From assembly GCA_964515055.1 (NCBI GenBank), contig CAZEUG010000008.1:1786-65785 (forward strand): a DNA stretch of 64,000 nt. The letters are read 5' to 3'. The notes below the pieces were generated by a model. That model had not been told where the DNA came from. It did no database searches and saw nothing but the letters and a program-made list of their open reading frames with translations. Every line of letters begins with the position of its first letter. Positions within the stretch are counted from its first letter, which is position 1. Below, piece by piece: positions 56,540-64,000 of the stretch. Source of the stretch: an uncultured Oscillospiraceae bacterium. GTDB taxonomy: Bacteria; Bacillota; Clostridia; Oscillospirales; QAMX01. Both the position numbers and the translations under genes were made by a program.

Positions 56540-57910
56540 ATGAGCAGACGCCGCTTCCAATATTGGATCAAAACCATCTGCAAAGCCATTGGTCTGACCG
56601 TGGCGAGCATTGTCACATTTCTGGTCGTTTCGCTGTTTGTCCTGCTGTATGGCCCATTTCATCAGCTACGTGATTTGTACGTCATCACGATGCTGGAAAC
56701 CAGTGCTGCCAAATTCATGGCCACCTGGTTTTTGAGCGATGCCAAAATCGCGGAAATTCTCGAAAACAACCGCCTTGAGGTGCCGGATGAACCGTCCGAC
56801 CCCTCTCTCGTCAGCGTGGTCGTCTCCAAAACGACAGCCTCCACGGACACTCCGCCTGAAACGTCAACGCCGCCGGCAACCTCTTCCGAAACCACCACGT
56901 CCACCGATCGGAGCGATGCTACGGCCGAAACCACTGCACCGCCGCAGATCACGGAACCCACAACCACAACCTCTGTGACGACGCTTTCTCCAATGAATAC
57001 GGACGCACCGGCACCGGATGAACTGTTCGCCGACCACCCGGACGCCATGCCGGAAACAGACGGGCTGGACGGTTTGCAGTTGATTCGAGTGAGCGGCCCG
57101 ACCTTCACGGGCTATATGCTGGTCATCTCCGACCCCTCCCGCGTGTCGCTCTGCGTCTCCTATTCGATTCTGCACGGCTATCAGAACGGCTGGGATCATA
57201 CCTATGGCGAACAGCTTCGCTCCATGGTCAAACGCAACGGCGCAGTGGCTGCCATCAACGGCGGTGCATTTTACGACCCGAACGGCCAGGGCAACGGCGG
57301 CAGACCGGACGGCGCACTCTGTGTCGAGGGCAATCTGCTGTACTGGGGGCCGGAAATCGAAAGCGCCGAAGCGTATGAAGCCGAAGTCCAGCGCATTCAG
57401 CAGGCTGTGGACAACGGGGAAATCGCAGCCGATTCGCCGGAAGCCCAGCTGCCGGAACCGGCTGAATGGGAAAATCAGAAAGTCAACATCATCGGCATCA
57501 ATCAGGATCACATCCTGATTCTCGGCCGTTTCACCAAAGCCGAATTTTTAGAACAGGGCTTCCGGGATGCCGTCTCCTTTGACAACCCGAACCCGCCGTT
57601 CCTCGTGATCAACGGCAAGGCCTCTACCGTCGTCGGAACCGGCGGCAGTGGCATTCAGCCGCGCACCTGCATTGGTCAACGCGCAGACGGCGCCTTCCTG
57701 TTCCTGGTGATTGATGGCCGCGGAGCCGGCGGAAGCCTGGGCGCCACTCAGAAGGAGGCCATGAACCTGCTGCTCGAATTCGGCGCCATCAACGCCGCCA
57801 ATCTGGACGGCGGCTCCTCCAGTGAGCTGATCGTAAACGGCGAAACCGTCTCGAATCCCTGCTCCTTCTACGGTCCGCGCTATATGCCGGACGGCTTTAT
57901 GGTGCGCTGA
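56540..57910 (+). CDS. Phosphodiester glycosidase (NAGPA/DUF2233) family membrane protein
   Basis: N-terminal TM, Thr/Pro linker; AAINGGAF, PRTCIGQRADG, IDGR and NLDGGSS motifs. Confidence 0.88.
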   Translation: MSRRRFQYWIKTICKAIGLTVASIVTFLVVSLFVLLYGPFHQLRDLYVITMLETSAAKFMATWFLSDAKIAEILENNRLEVPDEPSDPSLVSVVVSKTTASTDTPPETSTPPATSSETTTSTDRSDATAETTAPPQITEPTTTTSVTTLSPMNTDAPAPDELFADHPDAMPETDGLDGLQLIRVSGPTFTGYMLVISDPSRVSLCVSYSILHGYQNGWDHTYGEQLRSMVKRNGAVAAINGGAFYDPNGQGNGGRPDGALCVEGNLLYWGPEIESAEAYEAEVQRIQQAVDNGEIAADSPEAQLPEPAEWENQKVNIIGINQDHILILGRFTKAEFLEQGFRDAVSFDNPNPPFLVINGKASTVVGTGGSGIQPRTCIGQRADGAFLFLVIDGRGAGGSLGATQKEAMNLLLEFGAINAANLDGGSSSELIVNGETVSNPCSFYGPRYMPDGFMVR

Positions 57911-57911
57911 C

Positions 57912-59138
57912 ATGAATCAAACGACCCTCCGACGATTGAGCCTTTTGCTGATCGCACTGCTCCTTGTCTGCTCCGCCTGTACTGCACCGACAGAACCGGC
58001 CGAATCCGCAACGACACCCCCCACACCGACTGCGACTACCCTGGAACCGCCCACATCCGCCCTGCCGGAGACGACATCCACGGCGCCCATCCCAACTGAA
58101 CCGGCCACACCGGCTACAACTGAACCGACGACGCCCACTACGACAACAATACCGGCAACGGAACCCCCGGCGACCACACTCGACCTGTATGCGCTGGAAT
58201 GGACGCCGCCGATGGATACCAACGCAGTCGAACCGCTGAAAATTCGCACCTATGACGGGTTCCATCAGCCATGTCACCCGAAAGTGCTGTATTTTGCAAA
58301 CAAATGGAACGGATACCATTACTGGATGGCCTATACGCCGTATCCGTATTGCGCCGACCTGTACGAAAATCCGTGCCTGGCCGTCTCCGATGACGGCGTG
58401 AACTGGACGGAACCGGTTGGCATCCGGAACCCTGTGACCGGTGTTCCGCCAACGCACGAAAACAGCGCGCACTACTCCGACCCGCACCTGCTGATGAACG
58501 GCGAGATCATGGAGCTCTGGTTCCGCTATAACCCGTCCTATAGCGATGGGGTCAATGCCGACTCCAATGAGGGAATCATTCTAAGGACGTGCTCCACAGA
58601 CGGCATTCACTGGACAGAACCGGAACAGCTGTATCAGAACCGCGCCATCCTGGACCCTGTACTCAGCCCGATTGTGATGCTGTCGGACGGCGTCTATACC
58701 ATGTGGTACGCCCGGCGTGACGGCTGCCTGTACCGAACGCAGTCGGAGGATGCCCACACATGGACAACGCCGGAAAAAACCGATCTGGTTGCACCGAACA
58801 GCCGCATCTGGCATCAGGATATGATTCAAACCGACCTGGGCTATGAAATCGTTTTCTGCGCCCGGCCAGGGGGGACGCAATCCAACCTGCATGGCCTGTC
58901 TTTGTATTACGCCGCCAGCACCGACGGAATGCACTTTACAGAACCGGTGCTGATCGTGTCCCCGCGCACGGGGACGGATGCCTTTGACAATGCATCCATT
59001 TATCGGGCATCCATCCTGAAAACAGACGGCTTCTACCGAATCTATTACAGCTCCATGAGCGAACGCTATGTCTGGAACATCAGCCTCTGCGAAGGGGCAA
59101 GCATCTCAGAACTCAAAGGTATGGGAATCGAACCGTAG
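57912..59138 (+). CDS. Lipoprotein with a Thr/Pro linker and a probable beta-propeller glycosidase-like domain
   Basis: Lipobox CSAC; repeated S.DG..W Asp-box-like motifs; HPKV, ENP, SDP and WH motifs. Confidence 0.65.
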   Translation: MNQTTLRRLSLLLIALLLVCSACTAPTEPAESATTPPTPTATTLEPPTSALPETTSTAPIPTEPATPATTEPTTPTTTTIPATEPPATTLDLYALEWTPPMDTNAVEPLKIRTYDGFHQPCHPKVLYFANKWNGYHYWMAYTPYPYCADLYENPCLAVSDDGVNWTEPVGIRNPVTGVPPTHENSAHYSDPHLLMNGEIMELWFRYNPSYSDGVNADSNEGIILRTCSTDGIHWTEPEQLYQNRAILDPVLSPIVMLSDGVYTMWYARRDGCLYRTQSEDAHTWTTPEKTDLVAPNSRIWHQDMIQTDLGYEIVFCARPGGTQSNLHGLSLYYAASTDGMHFTEPVLIVSPRTGTDAFDNASIYRASILKTDGFYRIYYSSMSERYVWNISLCEGASISELKGMGIEP

Positions 59139-59175
59139 AACGGACAGCACCATACATGGCCAGAAGGAGGCAAAT

Positions 59176-60486
59176 ATGGCATATACCGGCAGAAAACTGA
59201 TCATCATCTCCCACGATGCACTCGTTGGAGAAGATCTGGAGACGCTCCGACAGACGGAACCCTTCCGAACGCTGATGGCGGAAGGTGCACAGGTTGGTGC
59301 GCTGCGCTCCATCTATCCGACCGTCACATATCCGGCGCATACCTCGCTGATTACGGGCGTGTACCCGGAAAAGCACCGGGTCATCGCCAATGAACGCTAC
59401 TCCATCGGAACGCACGGCGCCCCCTGGAACTTTTTCCGCAAGGCCAACAAGGCCAAATCGCTGTTTACTGCCGCAAAACAGGCCGGACTGACGACAGCAG
59501 CCGTCTTCTGGCCGGTGACCGGTGCAGACCCGGATATCGACTACCTGATCGATGAATACTGGCCGCAGAATGATCAGGAGTCCTTCCATGACGCGCTGCT
59601 GCGCGCAGGCACCACTGAAGAGGTCTACCAGACCGCGGTGGAGCCGAACCTGCATCTGCTGAGCCCGGATCACCTGCTCAAGCATCCGGAACTCGATCGC
59701 TTCATGGCAGCGGCCTCCTGTGCGATACTTGAAACGTTCAAACCGGATCTGCTGGTGATGCATCCGGCCAACATCGACACGGCGCGCCACCAGACCGGCC
59801 TCTTCAATGAGCGGGTGACAGAGGGTCTGTCCGTCGTCGCTGAGATCACGCAGCAGCTCATCGATGCAACCAAACGCGCCGGAACCTTTGACCAGACCGA
59901 TTTTGTCATTCTCAGCGACCACGGCCAGCTGAACGTCGATCGCGTCGTCCAGCCCAACGTCGTCTTTGCCCAGAAGGGTCTGATTCAAGCCGATGCATCC
60001 GGCAAATTCCTGGACTATCAGGCGTTCTGCCAGTCGTGCGGAATGTGCTCTTACGTCTATCTGAAAAATCCGTCCAACCTCGACGTCCGTGAACAGGTGG
60101 CCTCTGTTCTGGAGGAAATGCGCCAGACAGGCCGGTATGGCATTTCAGAAATCCTGACGCGGGATGAAGCCGCTCAGCGCGAACACCTGGACGGCGGCTT
60201 TTCGTTCGTCATCGAAACCGATGGCCACACCACGTTCGGCAATGCGTGGATGCCGCCTGAAACGTCACCCATGACCAACAGCGATTATCGCTTCGGCTTG
60301 GCGACCCATGGTTACCTGCCAGACAAAGGCCCGCAGCCGGTGTTCATCGGCTGGGGCGCATCGTTCCAAAAAGGCGCCTATCTCGAAAAGGCAACGCTCG
60401 TAGATTGCGCACCGACCTGCGCTGCACTGCTTGGCCTGGAAATGCCCTGGGCACAGGGACGCATTCTGCACGAACTGCTTGCATAA
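59176..60486 (+). CDS. Nucleotide pyrophosphatase/phosphodiesterase (alkaline phosphatase superfamily)
   Basis: IISHDAL, PTVTYPAHTSLITG, D..RH, SDHG and THGY motifs; AAGGAGG RBS. Confidence 0.9.
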   Translation: MAYTGRKLIIISHDALVGEDLETLRQTEPFRTLMAEGAQVGALRSIYPTVTYPAHTSLITGVYPEKHRVIANERYSIGTHGAPWNFFRKANKAKSLFTAAKQAGLTTAAVFWPVTGADPDIDYLIDEYWPQNDQESFHDALLRAGTTEEVYQTAVEPNLHLLSPDHLLKHPELDRFMAAASCAILETFKPDLLVMHPANIDTARHQTGLFNERVTEGLSVVAEITQQLIDATKRAGTFDQTDFVILSDHGQLNVDRVVQPNVVFAQKGLIQADASGKFLDYQAFCQSCGMCSYVYLKNPSNLDVREQVASVLEEMRQTGRYGISEILTRDEAAQREHLDGGFSFVIETDGHTTFGNAWMPPETSPMTNSDYRFGLATHGYLPDKGPQPVFIGWGASFQKGAYLEKATLVDCAPTCAALLGLEMPWAQGRILHELLA

Positions 60487-60510
60487 GGAACGACAAAAAC
60501 GGAAAAGCTG
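60481..60510 (+). promoter_or_regulatory. Putative forespore (sigF/sigG-type) promoter of the DUF378 gene
   Basis: GCATA-N15-GGAAAAGCT resembles the sigF consensus. Confidence 0.5.
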
Positions 60511-60554
60511 ATAGCGTATCCATCAAATTCAGATCAGAATGGAGTGGCTTCTCT

Positions 60555-60755
60555 GTGAGCTTTTTCGATCGGCTGACCCTGATTCTCGTCCTGATTGGCG
60601 CATTGAACTGGGGCAGCGTCGGGATTTTCAAATTTGACTTTGTCCAGGCGATCTGCGGTGAAATGTCAACCCTGACCCGTATCATCTTTGCTCTGGTCGG
60701 GATTTCCGGACTCTGGTGTATCTCACTGCTGTTTCGCGATGGCCGCAAGGACTGA
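60555..60755 (+). CDS. DUF378 (YuzA-like) small membrane protein
   Basis: LVLIGALNWGSVGIF.FDFV...RIIFALVGISGL signature; GTG start after GGAG. Confidence 0.88.
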   Translation: MSFFDRLTLILVLIGALNWGSVGIFKFDFVQAICGEMSTLTRIIFALVGISGLWCISLLFRDGRKD

Positions 60756-60776
60756 AACATCATTCCAACCGCACAG

Positions 60777-60817
60777 AAAGACGATATCCGGCACAAACCC
60801 GGATATCGTCTTTTTTT
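60777..60817 (+). terminator. Intrinsic terminator
   Basis: AAAGACGATATCCGG...CCGGATATCGTCTTTTTTT. Confidence 0.88.
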
Positions 60818-60989
60818 ACAGGACACCGACCACACGGAACAGGCCGGATGCGCGGTCGAACGGAATTCTTTTCGGGAACAGTGGCGCAAACAGCCGACTT
60901 GTGGTATAATGTTGAAAACAGCACAGAACCGTACAGACCCGGTCGAAGAAAACCGCTGTGTTTTTCTGGCTCACGAAAGGATGACTCTG

Positions 60990-62450
60990 ATGAATTTTAT
61001 TCCGGATCACGCAACACCCTGCTATGACTATCTGTGTACCTGGAACATACAGGATCAGCTGGCTCGACAACTGAAATGGAACGACGCTGGCGCATCGGGG
61101 CAGCGGGACGCGCTGAACGATGCGATGCTCTTCAGCAACGATGCCTATCACCCACTAAACCAAACCTGCCGGAACGGCCTGATGCTCGTCATTGATGACG
61201 GTTGGGATGTCCCGAAGGGCACGGCGAATCTGCCGGGGACGCCCAATGTCTATGGCCGCTGTGACCCCGACACGGAAAAATTCCCGAATTACGGTGACAC
61301 CCCGGCACAACGCCTGAAAACGCTGAGCCAGAAGGTGCTGGACAAGGGCTACTGCGGCCTTGGACTCTGGATTTCTCCGCAAATCAGCGGGGAGGACGCC
61401 AACCAACCGGAGACGCTGGAAACGGCACGGGCGTACTGGGCGGAGCGCGCTAAGTGGTGCGCCGAGGCCGGTATCCGGTACTGGAAAATCGACTGGGGGA
61501 TTCACGGCCATTCTGTGCCATATCGAACCATGCTGACCGAGGTGCTGAAGCAGTACGCCCCGGATGTGATCGTCGAACACGCCGTCTCGCTGCCGCCGTT
61601 TACCGAGCTGGGCAATCCGCCCTGGCGAAAACAGCAGACGGCAGAGATGCTTCCGATCAGCGATGTGGTGCGGCTGTATGACGTGATGGAACCGCTCGTC
61701 TCCTCCTCCATGCTGATGCGCGCCGATGAAGCGCTGTCCGCAGCGTCGGACTATACCGCGAAATACGACGTAGCCGGGATTCTGAACGGGGAAGACTGCG
61801 CCTCCATCTGTGCAGCACTGGGCTTTGCCATCGGCATCATGATGGAAGACCCTGCAAACACCGGCTCGGAAGCGTGCATCCGCTGGCACCGCATTGCGCC
61901 GCCGTTTTCCATCTGGAACGGCGCATACCGCACGAGCGAAGAAATCCTGACCGATGCCTACTATTTCGAGGAGGATGCCGCATCGTGGGTGAAAACCAAG
62001 GGAAAAACCATGCACGAAAGCGCACCGGCCGTGATGGCCAGAAACTGCGACCTGCCGCAGGTGGAAACAGACGGCGTCCGACCGTTTATCTGTGCGTCCA
62101 GACATCCGGAAACGGGTGCCTGCTGCATCGCCGCCATCAAGCGCACCGTCAATCAGCAGATCAACCAGCTGGCACCGGCCAATGTGACGTTCCATGTCGG
62201 CAGCGCTGACAGCCTCTGCGGCGTCTTCGGCTGCTTTGCGAGCCTGACACTGGAATATGACGCATCCATCATCGGCCGCCGCGTCTTCGCGCAGGATCTG
62301 ATGGAAGATGAAGCGCATGAGATCACGGAGCTGTGCCACCTGACTGACCACCGACTGACCATCCCCGGCGATGTGCTGACAGCCTGCGGCCGCCGTGCCC
62401 GCAAGCCGGAGGATCCCTGCGACCCGTCGTGCATCATCGCAATTTGCTGA
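60990..62450 (+). CDS. Putative clan GH-D-like (GH27/31/36-like) glycoside hydrolase
   Basis: YLCTW, IDDGWD, GLW, YWKIDWG (candidate nucleophile) and VRLYD (candidate acid/base); no signal peptide. Confidence 0.6.
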   Translation: MNFIPDHATPCYDYLCTWNIQDQLARQLKWNDAGASGQRDALNDAMLFSNDAYHPLNQTCRNGLMLVIDDGWDVPKGTANLPGTPNVYGRCDPDTEKFPNYGDTPAQRLKTLSQKVLDKGYCGLGLWISPQISGEDANQPETLETARAYWAERAKWCAEAGIRYWKIDWGIHGHSVPYRTMLTEVLKQYAPDVIVEHAVSLPPFTELGNPPWRKQQTAEMLPISDVVRLYDVMEPLVSSSMLMRADEALSAASDYTAKYDVAGILNGEDCASICAALGFAIGIMMEDPANTGSEACIRWHRIAPPFSIWNGAYRTSEEILTDAYYFEEDAASWVKTKGKTMHESAPAVMARNCDLPQVETDGVRPFICASRHPETGACCIAAIKRTVNQQINQLAPANVTFHVGSADSLCGVFGCFASLTLEYDASIIGRRVFAQDLMEDEAHEITELCHLTDHRLTIPGDVLTACGRRARKPEDPCDPSCIIAIC

Positions 62451-62473
62451 ACCGAAAATCCGTAGCTTCTATC

Positions 62474-62512
62474 AAAACAGGGGCGCTGATCGTCTGACGA
62501 TCAGCGCCCCTG
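62474..62512. terminator. Terminator hairpin between convergent genes
   Basis: CAGGGGCGCTGATCGTC-t-GACGATCAGCGCCCCTG, with a T tail on the minus strand. Confidence 0.75.
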
Positions 62513-62545
62513 CTGGTCTATTTCTGTTGTGTGTATGAAGCGAAG

Positions 62546-63775
62546 CTACCGTGCGTTGGCTTCTGCTGATGCGCCAAAGGTCTGATGAAGCAGCTCCGGA
62601 AACGGTGAAAGGGAACGGCGGAGAATTCCATGCGCCTGAGCAATGGCGGTTCCGTAATTCGTGACGGGCACGTTCTGCTTCTGGCAGGCTTCCAGTCGGG
62701 AATGCATTTCCCGCTCGTTGAGCATACAGCCGCCGCAGTGAACCACCAGCGAATAATCGGACAAATCGTCCGGGAATTCTGCTCCGGACGTAAAGGAAAA
62801 CTGCAAATCCTTCCCTGTATACGCACGCAGCCAGCCGGGGAGCTTGACCGTTCCGATATCGCCGCACTGCCGATGGTGCGTGCAGCCCTCGGAAATCAGG
62901 ATCCGATCGCCATCCGACAGACGGTCGAGCGCGGCAGCTCCGTGAACAACCGTGGAGAGGTCGCCCTTGTATCGCGCAAACAGAATCGAAAACGAGGTCA
63001 GCAGGATGTCCGACGGCACCACCGCACTGACACGGCGAAACGCCTGTGAATCGGTCACAACGAGCCGCGGCTTGACAGCCAGCGAAGCCAGTGCATTCGG
63101 CAGCTCCGTGTCCTGCACCACCAGCGCAAAGGCGTGGTGATCGAGAATCTCGCGCAGTGTCTGCTGCTGCGGCAGAATCAACCGCCCCTTGGGTGCTGCT
63201 TCGTCAATCGGTGTAACCAGAATGACGAGATCGCCGGGGTTCAGGAGATCCCGAATCAACTCCCGCGGCTTTTCGGCCTTCGGAAGCAGCTGCGCCAGCT
63301 TTTCCTTCAGCTCATGGATGCGGTCGCCGCGCGATGCGCTGACGTAAATCTCATGTGCTGCAGGTGTGGGACAGTCAGAAAGCAGATCACATTTGTTCCA
63401 GGCAATCAGATAGGGGATGCTGCGCTCTGCAAACAGGGAACAGAGCGTCCGATCGTCCTCCTGAAGCCCCAGCGTAGCATCGACGACCAGAACGGCCAAA
63501 TCAGTCTTGGACAGAATCTGACGAGCCCGCCGGACGCGCATTTCGCCGAGCATCCCCTCGTCATCCAGACCGGGCGTGTCGATGATCACAACCGGCCCCA
63601 GCGGAAGAAGCTCCATGGACTTCTGGACCGGGTCGGTGGTCGTTCCCTTGATGTCGGAGACGAGCGAAAGCTCCTGCCCGGTGATGGCATTCACAAGGCT
63701 GGATTTCCCGGCGTTGCGCAGCCCGAAAAAGGCAATGTGCACCCGCTCACCGGATGCGGTATCGTTGAGGGACAT
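62546..63775 (-). CDS. hydF: [FeFe]-hydrogenase maturation GTPase
   Basis: GLRNAGKSS, GTTTDPV, DTPG, NKCD, PKGRLILPQQQ, EGCTHH and HCGGC motifs. Confidence 0.96.
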   Translation of the reverse strand: MSLNDTASGERVHIAFFGLRNAGKSSLVNAITGQELSLVSDIKGTTTDPVQKSMELLPLGPVVIIDTPGLDDEGMLGEMRVRRARQILSKTDLAVLVVDATLGLQEDDRTLCSLFAERSIPYLIAWNKCDLLSDCPTPAAHEIYVSASRGDRIHELKEKLAQLLPKAEKPRELIRDLLNPGDLVILVTPIDEAAPKGRLILPQQQTLREILDHHAFALVVQDTELPNALASLAVKPRLVVTDSQAFRRVSAVVPSDILLTSFSILFARYKGDLSTVVHGAAALDRLSDGDRILISEGCTHHRQCGDIGTVKLPGWLRAYTGKDLQFSFTSGAEFPDDLSDYSLVVHCGGCMLNEREMHSRLEACQKQNVPVTNYGTAIAQAHGILRRSLSPFPELLHQTFGASAEANAR

Positions 63776-63789
63776 ACAGACGGCTCCTT

Positions 63790-64000
63790 TCAGAAGCGAA
63801 AATCACGCCGATTCGAGTTGCGGATTTCGGCAATGTTCTGCCGCGCAATCGTCCGAACCTTTTCATTTGGAATCTTCGCCAGCTCACGCTCAATCATGGC
63901 AAAGCCGACGTCGCGTGTCTCCTCGGACGCATAGTCGATCAGATATTCTGTCAACGTCATCAGCGCGTTCGGGTGGCAGCAGTTCAGAATCTGCCCCGTT
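63790..64000 (-). CDS. hydG: [FeFe]-hydrogenase maturase HydG, C-terminal part (truncated by the window)
   Basis: Reads GQILNCCHPNALMTLTEYLIDYASEET...RDFRF*; directly upstream of hydF. Confidence 0.9.
   Translation of the reverse strand, partial: TGQILNCCHPNALMTLTEYLIDYASEETRDVGFAMIERELAKIPNEKVRTIARQNIAEIRNSNRRDFRF

Noticed and set aside
56820-58180. ACC/CCG-rich quasi-repeats as a possible array
   Set aside because: They encode Thr/Pro linkers; there is no fixed repeat-spacer period.
1-64000. CRISPR array, prophage, IS or integrase
   Set aside because: No periodic repeats, and no transposase, recombinase, phage or cas motifs seen in any ORF.

Overview
GC-rich chromosomal segment of an endospore-forming anaerobic Firmicute. 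The gene content suggests Clostridia/Oscillospirales-like; this is an inference. Housekeeping and sporulation genes dominate: glmM, spoVFAB, gltX-glnS, scpAB-ytfIJ-dacB-rluB, ypeB, spoIIR, class I lysyl-tRNA synthetase, nrdG-nrdD-trxB and hydG-hydF. Four tRNA genes are present (Met-CAT, Glu-TTC, Val-CAC, Arg-ACG), along with several glycan and sugar loci. I saw no CRISPR array, integrase or transposase. Best leads: (1) an unannotated 39-codon proline-rich, MgtL-like leader ORF whose stop overlaps the start of a CorC/HlyC Mg2+-transport gene; (2) a promoter- and terminator-bounded ~170-nt structured sRNA with a long CU-rich loop; (3) an AT-richer islet bounded by an imperfect direct repeat, encoding a stand-alone RNA polymerase alpha-CTD homolog and an Lrp regulator; (4) a TTTGTC-N4/5-GACAAA motif capping the terminators of three stable-RNA transcripts, one followed by a decayed four-helix-bundle gene; (5) a pssA-psd-IPC-synthase-like-E2-like lipid operon; (6) a GH43 triplet plus fucI-araB-uxuB-like-kinase-gnd operon that may funnel sugars to D-ribulose-5-phosphate by non-canonical routes. 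All calls come from reading the sequence by eye; no searches were run. Start codons were adjusted to RBS-supported positions where they differ from the ORF track.
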